Source: a virus
Taxonomy: Duplodnaviria; Caudoviricetes
Virus record (IMG/VR): IMGVR_UViG_2917802685_000001
Span: 1 to 64,000 of that record
Reading direction: 5' to 3' (one strand)
Length of the DNA stretch: 64,000 nt
In this document: positions 1 to 9,491 of the stretch, in pieces
Layout: every line of letters begins with the position of its first letter
Numbering within the stretch: position 1 is the stretch's first letter
The notes under the pieces: model-generated
Told to the model about the DNA's origin: nothing
What the model saw: only the letters and a program-made list of their open reading frames with translations
Databases searched by the model: none
Translations under genes and position numbers: made by a program

Positions 1-301
1 CGTCCTGCTGCAGATGATCCAGGTCGGCATGTCCAACGCCGGGCTCATCGGTGAGCCGATCACGGCCGAGACCACGATCAACGTGAAGTCGGCGCTGATC
101 GGTCTGCTGGAGCAGGCGGTCTCCGACGCGATCATCGTCTCCTACGCCAACGCGCAGGTGCGGCAGCAGTCGGCGGACCCGTCGGTCATCGAGGGGACCT
201 TCAGCTACAAGCCGCCGATCCCGATGAACTACGTCGTCGTGAAGTTCGCCGTCGACCTCACGACCGGCGACACGTCCACGGAGACGGACCAGACCGCCTG
301 A
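1..301 (+). CDS. Tail sheath protein, C-terminal part (5' truncated by window)
   Basis: Open frame from the window edge; ends in a sheath-like motif (FSYKPPIPMNYVVVKF); directly precedes the tube gene. Confidence 0.7.
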   Translation, partial: VLLQMIQVGMSNAGLIGEPITAETTINVKSALIGLLEQAVSDAIIVSYANAQVRQQSADPSVIEGTFSYKPPIPMNYVVVKFAVDLTTGDTSTETDQTA

Positions 302-305
302 GCCC

Positions 306-380
306 GCGCGGCAGGCGCTTGTGACGGGCCGCCTGCCGCGCTTCTGGAGGACCCCCGGTGTGAGGGCGCCGGGGGTCCTC
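306..380 (+). terminator. Two GC-rich hairpins after the sheath gene
   Basis: Inverted repeats GCGCGGCAGGCG 306-317/330-341 and GAGGACCCCCGG 347-358/369-380. Confidence 0.55.
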
Positions 381-383
381 TGC

Positions 384-417
384 TGTCCGTGGCCGCCCAT
401 CCCGCACCAGTGGGTGA
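384..417 (+). promoter_or_regulatory. Late-gene motif (variant) upstream of tail tube
   Basis: TGTCC at 384 and AGTGGGTGA at 409 (25-nt offset, as at the other sites). Confidence 0.5.
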
Positions 418-441
418 GACCTACGGATGGGGTGGTGAGCA

Positions 442-945
442 ATGCCTGCAGGCAAGGTCCGCGTCACCGGCTCCGGCTACAGCACGTTTGTGTACGCCGG
501 GAAGCCGATCGCGTTCCTCAACTCGGTGGAGGATTCCGGGCAGCGTGCCTGGTCGGACAAGGGGCAGGCGTACAGCTTCATCCAGCCCCTCGGTTCGCGT
601 ACACCGGTTGAGATCGCGACCTCCCGCGTCCTGGGCGGCGGCACGCTGCAGATGACGATCCAGGAGCTGTGGAACCAGGCGATCTGGGAGCAGCTGGCCG
701 GACTGTCCGGCACGAACAACATCGTCGAGATTTTCGACCGGCTGGCCGGAAGTCCGAACTACGTGACGGCGCAGACGATCATCAAGCCGCCGGGCACCGA
801 GGCCAACCCCTCGAAGTGGCGCGGCAAGATCTATCACAACGTGACGATCGTCGACATCGCCGACGGCGACACCCTGACGGTCGGCGGTCTGGACGTCGCC
901 AAGCCTGTGGTCGCCGCGTACACGCACTCCACCCGACTGCGCTGA
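442..945 (+). CDS. Tail tube protein
   Basis: 167 aa, beta-rich, immediately after sheath and before chaperones and tape measure. Confidence 0.7.
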   Translation: MPAGKVRVTGSGYSTFVYAGKPIAFLNSVEDSGQRAWSDKGQAYSFIQPLGSRTPVEIATSRVLGGGTLQMTIQELWNQAIWEQLAGLSGTNNIVEIFDRLAGSPNYVTAQTIIKPPGTEANPSKWRGKIYHNVTIVDIADGDTLTVGGLDVAKPVVAAYTHSTRLR

Positions 946-958
946 CCAGGAGCGAGCG

Positions 959-1474
959 ATGACGGACACCTACGGCACCTTCGACCCTGCCGACCGGCCG
1001 GGCCGCAAGGCCGCCACGCCGGAGGCCAAGCCGACCCTGCAGGCCGAGGACGGTACGGAGCTGCCCAGCTTCGACGAGCGCTACACCGAGGCGTTCGAGG
1101 GGCTCGCCTTCCTCGGCTCGCTGACCGAGAGCTTCTCCTGGCTCGGGCACGAGTTCACCATCCGCACCCTCGGTGTGGACGAGCAGTTGGCGGTCGCTCA
1201 GGTCACCGCCCGGTACAAGGACGGTGGCGAGCAGCTCGCGTACGTCGCGGCCGTGGTGGCCATGGCGATCGTGACGGTCGACGGCGAGGAGCTGCCCACG
1301 CCGATCGGGGAGGACCAGCAGCTGGCCGAGTGGGCGCACCGGCGGTTCGCCTACGTCAAGGCCAACTGGTACCAGCCGACGATCAACCAGGTCTTCCAGC
1401 GCTACCTGGAGCTGGAGGACACGGTCGCTCAGGTCGTCGAGGCCATGGGAAAAGCGTTCGCCCCGGCCGCATAG
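959..1474 (+). CDS. Tail assembly chaperone (gpG-like)
   Basis: Between tube and tape measure; slippery site G GGA AAA at 1447-1453 near its end. Confidence 0.7.
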   Translation: MTDTYGTFDPADRPGRKAATPEAKPTLQAEDGTELPSFDERYTEAFEGLAFLGSLTESFSWLGHEFTIRTLGVDEQLAVAQVTARYKDGGEQLAYVAAVVAMAIVTVDGEELPTPIGEDQQLAEWAHRRFAYVKANWYQPTINQVFQRYLELEDTVAQVVEAMGKAFAPAA

Positions 1475-1884
1475 ATCCGTGGCTGGAGCGCCGTCTGCGG
1501 ATCGCTGAGCGGCGGGGGCTGCTGTCGGGGCGGCACCTGTCTCGGGTGCAGCAGTTCGGTCTTGAGCTGCTCATCCTCGCTGACGGCTGGAAGGCGACCG
1601 ACCAGGACGAGAAGGCGTTCGAGGACCAGCTGAAGTTCGCTCTGGTGGCTGCGGGCGTGGACGCGACCGATCTGTGGCCGAGGGACGCCGCTGACGTCCC
1701 GGACGACGAGGACGTCGACTACGACTACTCCGCCGTCAGCTGGCAGCAGGGCTCGACCGACGACTGGGAGCGCATGCAGCAGGCGCTCTCGACCTCGCGG
1801 GTGCAGGTGTCCGGGGACCAGGAGCCGGAGGACGAGCCGCCGGTGCCGGACATGGACGACGGATTCGATCGGGAGTGGCAGTAA
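1447..1884 (+). CDS. Tail assembly chaperone -1 frameshift extension (gpGT-like)
   Basis: -1 frame open from the GGGAAAA site to TAA at 1884; acidic product; no good start of its own. Confidence 0.7.
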   Translation, partial: GKSVRPGRIDPWLERRLRIAERRGLLSGRHLSRVQQFGLELLILADGWKATDQDEKAFEDQLKFALVAAGVDATDLWPRDAADVPDDEDVDYDYSAVSWQQGSTDDWERMQQALSTSRVQVSGDQEPEDEPPVPDMDDGFDREWQ

Positions 1885-4085
1885 TGGCGACCCCTACGCC
1901 GCCCCCGGGCGGCAGCACTCCGCCGGGCGGCCTCACAGGCGTTCTGCAGTCGGTGGCTATGCAACTGCAGGCCCTGCTGCACCAGAACCAGACGCTGCAG
2001 AACCTGCCGTCGAGCACGGCCAACGCCCTGCGGCAGGCGCGGCAGAACGTGCTGAACCCGACGGCGCTCTTGGGCGGCCAGGTTCCGACGCCGGTCGCGC
2101 CGAACGCGCAGTGGCTGCAACAGACAGCCGCGCAGTTCCTGAGCCAGGTGGTGCTCAACCAGCCGCAGAACCGCCGCTCCGGCTCTGGCGGTCCGACGCC
2201 GCCCGGCCCCACGCCGCCGACCCCTGCGCCGACTCCGGCGACCCCGCTGCCGCCGTACCCGTACCCGTACAGCCCGTACGGCCACCCGCACATGCCGTAC
2301 ACCTACACGGGCCCCATGCCGGGCTACGGCGGCCCCCTTGTCGCGCCGTCACACCCGGGCAGCAGCGGAGGCCACGCCTCGGGCATCGGCTCCTGGACGA
2401 AGTCGATGCTGCCCCGTGTCGGTGCGGCCATCGGCGGCCCCTGGGGCGCCGTGGCAGGCGCCGCCATCGGTGCCGCCACCGACATCCCGGCCGAGGTCCG
2501 CAGCCAGCGCGACAAGAACGCCTACTACCAGTCGATCGAGGGCGGCTCCAACTTCGACGGGTTCGGCGAACGCGCCTCCGAGGAGCTGTACCGCTGGTCG
2601 ACGTTCGGTGTGCTGTCCTCCGATGAGGCCCGTAAGGCGTTCAAGGGCGTCACGAAGCTGGGCTACAACTCCAAGGTGGAGGGGGGCGTCGGCCGCCAGG
2701 ACGCACTGAACTTCATCTACCACGGCAAGACACGTCGCGGTGAGACCGTGGACGAGTCGCTGCAGCAGCTGCAGGTCAACTCCAAGAACGCCCTCGGGTC
2801 GCTCAACGACCTCAGCAACGCCCTGAACGCGGTCTCCGACAGCGCGGGCAAGGCCGGGGTCAACGCGCAGTCAGCGCGTGCCGAGTTCACGCAGCTGATG
2901 GACCAGGCGATCAAGCAGGGCTACGGCTCCTCCTCGGCGGACGTGGCGTCCCTGGAGCAGCAGACGAAGAACTCCTACGGCCGGTCCTACCAGGACGTGG
3001 ACGTCTCCGGGCGCCTGACGCTCAACCACGCCTACATGGCGGCCTCGATGTCCGGGATGAGCGTCTCGCAGTACCTGACGTCCGGCGTCACGTCCAAGGG
3101 CGCCGCCGACGCGAAGCTGGACCAGGCAACGGCAAGCGCCGTGCTCAAGCCCGGCGTCGAGGGCTGGATCAAGGACCAGATCTCCAAGGCCGGTGGCGCG
3201 GGCAATCTCAACGAGGACGTTGTCCAGCAGATCGCCGAGCAGATGATCCGGCAGTTCTACCCCAACGACTCTCCGGCGATGGCGCAGGTCATCGCCGCCA
3301 TCTCCGGGCAGAGCACGCTGGCCAACGATCCGGTCAAGGCCGCCTTCTGGCTCGTGCAGCAGTACAACGACAAGGGCACCGCCGAGACGACGCACAAGAT
3401 GACGGCCAAGGAGAAGGCCGCCCAGAAGACTGCCAGCAAGGAGAACGCGGTCTCCACCGGCGTCGGCAACAACATGCGCCAGACCCAGGACGACCGAGGC
3501 CCGAACGCGGGCAAGTCCATCCTCGGCGACCTGGACAAGGAGAAGTCCGGCGACTTCCTGGGCTTCGGCGGGCACAACTCGGACGCCTACAACGCGTACC
3601 AGAAGTGGCACGACAAGAACGGCGGCCAGGAGGACCCGGTCGTCTACCACCTGCTCGACAAGATCAAGGGTGACGACAAGACGAAGGTCGCCGTCACCAC
3701 GAAGTCGGGCAAGCGGGTGGTGTCGCTGGCCGACGCGATCAAGAACCACCGCAACGAATTGGCGTCCGGCAAGGCCGTCGTCGTCGAGGGCGACCAGGCG
3801 GGCAAGACGGTCTCCGAGATCCTCGGCAAGGACAAGGTCGACCCGCTGCGCGACTTCTCCAAGGAAGCCAAGGGCACCGACAAGTCCGGCGAGACGTACG
3901 CCAAGTGGGAGAAGGAGCACACCACCAAGGACAAGAAGGGCCGGGACAAGCTGGAGGTCACGCTGTCGGCCGAGGCCCGGCGCCTGCTGACCGTCCTGGA
4001 CTCCACCGGCGTGGCCGGGTCCTCCGCGACCGCCACGCCGCCACTGAGCCCGTACGCGTCCAACCCCAGCTACGGCGGGGAGTAG
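1884..4085 (+). CDS. Tape measure protein
   Basis: About 733 aa, Ala/Gly/Gln-rich and helical, follows the chaperones; ATG overlaps the upstream TAA. Confidence 0.6.
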   Translation: MATPTPPPGGSTPPGGLTGVLQSVAMQLQALLHQNQTLQNLPSSTANALRQARQNVLNPTALLGGQVPTPVAPNAQWLQQTAAQFLSQVVLNQPQNRRSGSGGPTPPGPTPPTPAPTPATPLPPYPYPYSPYGHPHMPYTYTGPMPGYGGPLVAPSHPGSSGGHASGIGSWTKSMLPRVGAAIGGPWGAVAGAAIGAATDIPAEVRSQRDKNAYYQSIEGGSNFDGFGERASEELYRWSTFGVLSSDEARKAFKGVTKLGYNSKVEGGVGRQDALNFIYHGKTRRGETVDESLQQLQVNSKNALGSLNDLSNALNAVSDSAGKAGVNAQSARAEFTQLMDQAIKQGYGSSSADVASLEQQTKNSYGRSYQDVDVSGRLTLNHAYMAASMSGMSVSQYLTSGVTSKGAADAKLDQATASAVLKPGVEGWIKDQISKAGGAGNLNEDVVQQIAEQMIRQFYPNDSPAMAQVIAAISGQSTLANDPVKAAFWLVQQYNDKGTAETTHKMTAKEKAAQKTASKENAVSTGVGNNMRQTQDDRGPNAGKSILGDLDKEKSGDFLGFGGHNSDAYNAYQKWHDKNGGQEDPVVYHLLDKIKGDDKTKVAVTTKSGKRVVSLADAIKNHRNELASGKAVVVEGDQAGKTVSEILGKDKVDPLRDFSKEAKGTDKSGETYAKWEKEHTTKDKKGRDKLEVTLSAEARRLLTVLDSTGVAGSSATATPPLSPYASNPSYGGE

Positions 4086-4088
4086 ACC

Positions 4089-4748
4089 ATGGCTCTCGCA
4101 TCCCTCGGCTTCGCGGGCGGCCCCCAGATCACGTTCCGCATCAACCCCGACTCGATCGACTGGGGCTTCGACATCCACACGTCGGTCACCCCGACCGTCG
4201 GCGGCAGGGTCGTGCAGATCACCGGCGCGACCCTGCGGGACGTCACGATCAATGGCTACCTCGGCGAGAACCGCAAGGCCGGGCCCTCGCCGGACGGCAA
4301 CAAGGACCATGCCGGAGCCAGCTGGCGCTTGCATGAGGCGTTCATCGCGAAGTGCCGGGCCATCATGGAGCACCAGTCCCGGGACTCCAGCACGCCCGGC
4401 AAGATGCACGAACCGGCCGTGTTCAACTACCCGCCGCACGGCTGGCGCTGGAGCGTGTATCTCACCGAGGTCTCCGACATCGACGGCCAGGCGTCGATCG
4501 AGCACCGCACCGGGAAGTACAGCCACGGCTACAAGCTGACGCTGTTCATCGTGCAGGTGGGCTCCGACTCGCTGGTCAAGGCGGGCACCTCGAAGAACGC
4601 GGTCGACTCCGCCCAGGAGAAGGCCATCGCCTCCTACATCGCCCGTATCAGCGAGGGCATCGGCTGGCGTCAGACCGAGTACAACGGTCCGCTCAACGAC
4701 GGCACCGAGGACAAGAGCAGCGACAAGGGTCAGAAGGAGGACAAGTAG
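4089..4748 (+). CDS. Tail tube initiator / baseplate protein
   Basis: FRINPDSI motif typical of tube-initiator proteins; follows tape measure. Confidence 0.5.
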   Translation: MALASLGFAGGPQITFRINPDSIDWGFDIHTSVTPTVGGRVVQITGATLRDVTINGYLGENRKAGPSPDGNKDHAGASWRLHEAFIAKCRAIMEHQSRDSSTPGKMHEPAVFNYPPHGWRWSVYLTEVSDIDGQASIEHRTGKYSHGYKLTLFIVQVGSDSLVKAGTSKNAVDSAQEKAIASYIARISEGIGWRQTEYNGPLNDGTEDKSSDKGQKEDK

Positions 4749-4972
4749 TGGCCAACCAGTGGGGCGCCGACGTGCCCATCTCCATGCCGCAGCCGCTGCG
4801 GGCCGACCAGGAGGCCATCGTCCCCATGAACGGCTTCGTGATGACCCTCGACGGCCTCTACCCGGACATGTCGGCCGCCGACCACGAGCGGCTCGCCACG
4901 CCCGTCTACGCCCCCCACAACCCGCTGCGGAACACCGAGGAGACGGTGCCGGATCCCGACGAGGAGGTGTGA
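4748..4972 (+). CDS. Small hypothetical virion protein (74 aa)
   Basis: GTG overlaps the upstream TAG, AGGAGG RBS upstream, coding-like GC3 (MANQWGADVPISMPQ...). Confidence 0.55.
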   Translation: MANQWGADVPISMPQPLRADQEAIVPMNGFVMTLDGLYPDMSAADHERLATPVYAPHNPLRNTEETVPDPDEEV

Positions 4973-4975
4973 GCC

Positions 4976-5638
4976 ATGGCCGACACCCGCAAGGGCCTGA
5001 ACTGCCTGCTGTTCTACCCCAAGGACAGCAAGACCAACGCCAGCTTCCGGGTCCGCGCCGACGTCCTCGGGCACGGCATGACGATGGTCGCCGACTCCTC
5101 CAGCTCCCGTAACGCCCGCGCGTACTACCCGCACCGGCCGACCCCGTCACGCTTCTACCTTCGGGTGCTGCTCAAGGGGTACAGCGAGCGCAAGGCGTTC
5201 GCCGACTGGATGCAGGGTTACGCCAACTTCGTGATGAACCCGGGCCTGGCCGCCGGTGACTCCTTCCCCGACATGGGGGTCATGCTCGCGAACCGGAACT
5301 TCTACCGCGAGGGCGTGCCCCTGTCCGGCTTCGAGTGGGGCGACACCATCGGCACTGTCGTCTGGACGCCGGTCATCACCTTCGAGTGCACCCGCGAGCC
5401 CCAGGACGTCACAGCGCTCTCCGCGAGCAGCTTCAAGAACGCCCAGGACCCCGAGATGAAGTACTTCTGGCCCATGGGCACGCAGCTCGGCGGCAACGCG
5501 GTCCCGTCCGGCAACTACCAGACCGTCGACCCCGGCAAGGACGGCGGCTCCGACCCGGGCCAGCTGGAGGACCTCCCGGTCAACCCGATGCCCAACGAGG
5601 GCACCCCGCCGAACGAGCGGTACGACTACGGGAACTGA
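4976..5638 (+). CDS. Hypothetical baseplate/tail protein
   Basis: 220 aa, GAGGAGG RBS, within the tail operon. Confidence 0.6.
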   Translation: MADTRKGLNCLLFYPKDSKTNASFRVRADVLGHGMTMVADSSSSRNARAYYPHRPTPSRFYLRVLLKGYSERKAFADWMQGYANFVMNPGLAAGDSFPDMGVMLANRNFYREGVPLSGFEWGDTIGTVVWTPVITFECTREPQDVTALSASSFKNAQDPEMKYFWPMGTQLGGNAVPSGNYQTVDPGKDGGSDPGQLEDLPVNPMPNEGTPPNERYDYGN

Positions 5639-5679
5639 GCGGCCCGCCCCGGGTAGAGCAATCAGCACGGGCGGGCCGC
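5639..5679 (+). terminator. Hairpin, putative terminator
   Basis: GCGGCCCGCCC 5639-5649 pairs with GGGCGGGCCGC 5669-5679. Confidence 0.5.
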
Positions 5680-5715
5680 CATGGGTGCGATGCGTGGTCA
5701 GCGTAGTTGTGCTCG

Positions 5716-5759
5716 TGTCCCTGTGTCTGCCACTCGCCCCAAGGGGCGGAGGTGGTCTC
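5716..5759 (+). promoter_or_regulatory. Late-gene motif with RBS-occluding hairpin
   Basis: TGTCC at 5716, AAGGGGCGG at 5741. Confidence 0.55.
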
Positions 5760-8246
5760 GTGCCGAACTTCGTCCTGGCCCCGGGCGTGAAGGTCTACAT
5801 CGCGACGGAGAAGCACGGGATCATCGACGTCTCGGACGACCTGGTCGAGGGCTCGATGACGCGCCGCTCGGACGGCGTCAGTTCTTTCAACTTCAGTCTG
5901 CAGAACGCCCGCCGGAAGTACGACGGCGTGCTGACCCCGAACGACCGCATCTCGGTGCAGATGAAGCGGTTGAAGTGGGTGCAGGTGTTCACCGGCTACC
6001 TGAACAAGGTGCCGCTCGTGACGGCGTGGCCGCGTGTCGTCCACCTGACCTCGTCCTGCTCGCTCAAGCGGCTGCAGTACTGGTACTGGGACTCCCACAC
6101 CGAAGCGTCGCAGTCCATGGTGCGCGATGCCCTGGTGGACGCGAACAAGGACACCGGGGTCTCCGACGGTGGCATGACGAACGTCGCGCTCACTGTGCTG
6201 AAGAAGGTGGTGGGCTGGCCGGAGTCCAAGGCCCACATCGCCCGCATCCCGAACAACTGGTTCTCGGTCATCGAGGTCCTGGCCAAGCAGATCGACGCCC
6301 AGCTCACCGGCGCCGACGAGATCGCGCGAGCCCTGCTGGATCAGCTCGGTACCGCGTCCGTCGGCGGCACGAGCGGCGCGGACGCCAGCTCGCTGAACGG
6401 AACGTACGGCGGCTTCAACAACCCGGACCAGAAGGCCAACGCCGCGATCATCTACAACGTCGGCAAGGAGAAGGGCGGCTCCACCCGCGACTGCATCATC
6501 GCCATCATGACGGCGATGCAGGAGTCCGGCCTGCGGAACCTCAAGGGCGGTGACCGGGACAGTGCGGGCCTGTTCCAGCAGCGCCCCTCCCAGGGCTGGG
6601 GCACCCACGAGCAGGTGACCGACCCCCGGTACGCGGCTGGGAAGTTCTTCGACGCCCTCTTCAAGGTCACGAACCGCAACAGCATGGAGCTGTGGAAGGT
6701 CTGCGACACCGTCCAGCGCTCCGGCGCGCCGCACGAGTACGCCAAGCACGAGAAGCCCGCCACGGCCATGGTCAGGGACCTGGAGAAGGGTGGGGGCAAG
6801 CTGGACTCCAAGACGAAGCCGCAGGGCACCATCTCCGGCGTCGACCTGGCCCAGCTCTCGGTGAACTTCTGCCAGAAGTACCCGAACATTCCGTACACGC
6901 AGCAGTACGGCGGCACCCAGATGGGCGTGCTGTCGCAGAACCCTCCGCCCGGCCTGGACTGCTCCAGCTTCGTGCAGGCCATGTACCTGCGCGCCCTGGG
7001 CTCGTTGTACGACCTGCCGCGCGTGGCAAACGCGCAGTACGGCGTGTGCAAGAAGGTGACGGTGGCGAAGGCCCTGGCGACGCCGGGCGCACTGGTCTTC
7101 AAGGGCTCCTCGCCGGGCGGCATCTACCACGTGGAGATGAGCCTGGGCGACGGCAAGAGCACGGTCGGCGCGCACCGCGCTGGAGCCAAGCCGCACGACG
7201 TCGGCATCAACCCGCCGTCGGCGCCGTCGTACTGGGACTACGGCGGCTTCCTGCCGCGCGTCGCGTACACCACCGGCGCGGGCACGGTCATCTTCGATGG
7301 GTCGGACGGCACCAGCGGCGGCGTCAACGACATGAGCGGTGACCCGGGGGTCGAGCTGGCCACCGGCGCTGATGCGCCCGGGTACAACCCCAAGGACCCG
7401 TTCGACAAGATGTTTGGCGACAACGCGTGGATGCCGATCTCCACGGCGCAGAACGACCCGAACTACGCGCTGGCGCAGTCCCTGGCCGGTCCGCGAGCGC
7501 TGCTGAACGACCAGCCCCTGCTGCCGTACCTGAAGAACCTGTTCAACTCGTCGATGCGGTCGTTCTGCTCCGCGCCGAACGGCGACCTGATCGCCTGGTA
7601 CCCGGACTACTACGGGATGTGGGGCACGGCCGCCAAGATGGTCATCCAGCCCATCGAGGTGCAGGACTTCGAGGTGTCCTGGTCGGACGACTACATGGTC
7701 ACCCACCAGTTCGTGGTCACGTCGCCGGTCAGCGGGAACCTCTTCGACCCGGCCACGGGGACCGTGCAGCAGTCCATCTCCGACAGCTACCTGTCCCAGT
7801 ACGCCCTCTTCACCACCGGCATCGTCACCATCGACTTCCCGGGCGTGTGGAAGGCGCTGTTCGGGATGGACAAGACAGACAAGCAGGCGAAGGCGTACGC
7901 GGACTGGATCAAGCAGCGGTTCGGCGCCCGGCCGGACTACCAGCAGATGCCAGCCCTCATCGGCCCGAAGGCCGCACTGTTCTCGGCGATCTTCCTCTTC
8001 ATGCGGCAGTTCGCCTTCCAGTACCAGGCCAACATCCCGCTGACGTTCATGCCGGAGCTGTGGCCGGGGATGCTGCTGCAGTTCCCCGCCTTCAACTTCC
8101 AGGGCTACGTGACCACGGTCCAGCACGACTTCAAGTTCGGCGAGGGCGGCTACTTCAAGACCTCGGTGCAGATCGCGGCCCCGGCCCGGCTCACCGGCGA
8201 CAAGGACAAGCGGCTGCTCGGCCTGCCGATGGCGGGAGGCAACTGA
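5760..8246 (+). CDS. Baseplate hub protein with lytic transglycosylase-like and NlpC/P60 domains
   Basis: GTG at 5760 after GGAGG; AMQESGLRNL..GDRDSAGLFQQRPSQGWG (lysozyme-like); GLDCSSFV...YHV (NlpC/P60 Cys-His). Confidence 0.8.
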   Translation: MPNFVLAPGVKVYIATEKHGIIDVSDDLVEGSMTRRSDGVSSFNFSLQNARRKYDGVLTPNDRISVQMKRLKWVQVFTGYLNKVPLVTAWPRVVHLTSSCSLKRLQYWYWDSHTEASQSMVRDALVDANKDTGVSDGGMTNVALTVLKKVVGWPESKAHIARIPNNWFSVIEVLAKQIDAQLTGADEIARALLDQLGTASVGGTSGADASSLNGTYGGFNNPDQKANAAIIYNVGKEKGGSTRDCIIAIMTAMQESGLRNLKGGDRDSAGLFQQRPSQGWGTHEQVTDPRYAAGKFFDALFKVTNRNSMELWKVCDTVQRSGAPHEYAKHEKPATAMVRDLEKGGGKLDSKTKPQGTISGVDLAQLSVNFCQKYPNIPYTQQYGGTQMGVLSQNPPPGLDCSSFVQAMYLRALGSLYDLPRVANAQYGVCKKVTVAKALATPGALVFKGSSPGGIYHVEMSLGDGKSTVGAHRAGAKPHDVGINPPSAPSYWDYGGFLPRVAYTTGAGTVIFDGSDGTSGGVNDMSGDPGVELATGADAPGYNPKDPFDKMFGDNAWMPISTAQNDPNYALAQSLAGPRALLNDQPLLPYLKNLFNSSMRSFCSAPNGDLIAWYPDYYGMWGTAAKMVIQPIEVQDFEVSWSDDYMVTHQFVVTSPVSGNLFDPATGTVQQSISDSYLSQYALFTTGIVTIDFPGVWKALFGMDKTDKQAKAYADWIKQRFGARPDYQQMPALIGPKAALFSAIFLFMRQFAFQYQANIPLTFMPELWPGMLLQFPAFNFQGYVTTVQHDFKFGEGGYFKTSVQIAAPARLTGDKDKRLLGLPMAGGN

Positions 8247-8482
8247 TGATGGGTCCGGGGAACGCCGCTACGCACGGGATCGGCTGGACGGTCAAGCAGG
8301 TCAAGGTCAGCTCGATCCTCACGGACAAGAAGTTCGCCCTGTGCGTCGACACCGAGGGCCAGCAGCTGGAGGTCACCACGGCCATCCACCGCACCGGTAT
8401 CACGCCGGTGGTCGGCCAGGACTGGCTTGTCGACCGCACGTACGGGGTGTGGAGCTTCGCCGCCTGGGTCGACCTGACATGA
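8246..8482 (+). CDS. Small baseplate protein (possible spike/OB-fold)
   Basis: ATG overlaps the hub stop; 78 aa, beta-rich (TPVVGQDWLV). Confidence 0.55.
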   Translation: MMGPGNAATHGIGWTVKQVKVSSILTDKKFALCVDTEGQQLEVTTAIHRTGITPVVGQDWLVDRTYGVWSFAAWVDLT

Positions 8483-8486
8483 AAAA

Positions 8487-8559
8487 AGGAGGGCCCGGAT
8501 TCTGTGACATGCATGTCACAGGTTCGGGCCCTCCTGGAACTGTGACATGCATGTCACAG
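8487..8559. repeat. Two perfect 20-bp palindromes CTGTGACATGCATGTCACAG (parS candidate); the first lies in a terminator-like hairpin
   Basis: Palindromes at 8502-8521 and 8540-8559; outer arms 8487-8497/8525-8535; A6 tract at 8482-8487 gives a U-tail on the minus strand. Confidence 0.75.
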
Positions 8560-8567
8560 CTCTGAGG

Positions 8568-9491
8568 TCAGCCGGTGAGCATGCCTTCTGCCTCGGCCAG
8601 CCTCTTCTTCATGTCGTCCACGTACTCCTGGGCGGACTGCCGGTCGACCGTGACCAGCTCCTTGAGGAGCCCCAGGTCGATCTTCCCGGCGGCCCGAGCC
8701 TCCTTCAGCCGGTCGGCGACCGGGCGCGGCTCGCGGGTACCGATGGCCTTCGGCTCCTTGGCGGCCAGCTCGCTCGCGTCCATCAGGCGGCGCAGGTTCT
8801 TCACTGCCGAAACGGTCACCGGACCGTCATTCGTGAGGTCGACGTACGCAGTCCGGAGCAGGTCGCGATCATCCTTGCCCAGGCTGTAGAGCTGGTCGAC
8901 GACCAGCTGCGCCAGAGGAGCAGTCACCAGCCCGCCGAGCGCCGTGTAGACGACGTGGTGCTTGATCGCACGGTAGTAGGTGTGCCGTTCGATGCCGATC
9001 GCCTTGGCGAACTTGTCGACGGAGTTGTGGCCGCCCGCCTTGTAGCTGCCCTTCGCCTGGACCTCGGCCAGCCAGCGGCCGGTGAGGGTCCAGTAGTCGG
9101 TCTCGATCTGGGCGAACCCGTTTCCCGCCGCTTCTCCGATCTTGCGGATCTGGCGTTCCGCGTGGGCGAGGTGCTGCAGGTCGCTGACGTCGTCCGGCGC
9201 GGGAACGTACTGGAAGGGGTCGTCGGGCTCCCGAGGGTGCACGATCCCCTCGATGGGCGCCGAGGCAACCTGGTGCGGCACCTGGGGCTCTACAGCCGGG
9301 GCGCTCGCTGCGGCGGCTGCGGCGGCCCCGAGGCCATTGTCCTCACCCGGGTCGTTCTCGCCCCGGCGGGCCACGGGCTTGGCCTTCTCGGCGACGGCCT
9401 TGCGGGCGGCGGCGGCTGTGGCGCCCCTGCCTCCGAACCTCTTCGGAGCGGGGGTCTTCCCCTCTTTGGTGTCCTTCGCGGTGGTGCTCAC
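8568..9491 (-). CDS. Partition / centromere-binding protein (non-canonical ParB-like, HTH)
   Basis: GTG overlaps the parA stop; disordered basic N-terminus; HTH-like VDKFAKAIGIERHTYYRAI. Confidence 0.6.
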   Translation of the reverse strand: MSTTAKDTKEGKTPAPKRFGGRGATAAAARKAVAEKAKPVARRGENDPGEDNGLGAAAAAAASAPAVEPQVPHQVASAPIEGIVHPREPDDPFQYVPAPDDVSDLQHLAHAERQIRKIGEAAGNGFAQIETDYWTLTGRWLAEVQAKGSYKAGGHNSVDKFAKAIGIERHTYYRAIKHHVVYTALGGLVTAPLAQLVVDQLYSLGKDDRDLLRTAYVDLTNDGPVTVSAVKNLRRLMDASELAAKEPKAIGTREPRPVADRLKEARAAGKIDLGLLKELVTVDRQSAQEYVDDMKKRLAEAEGMLTG

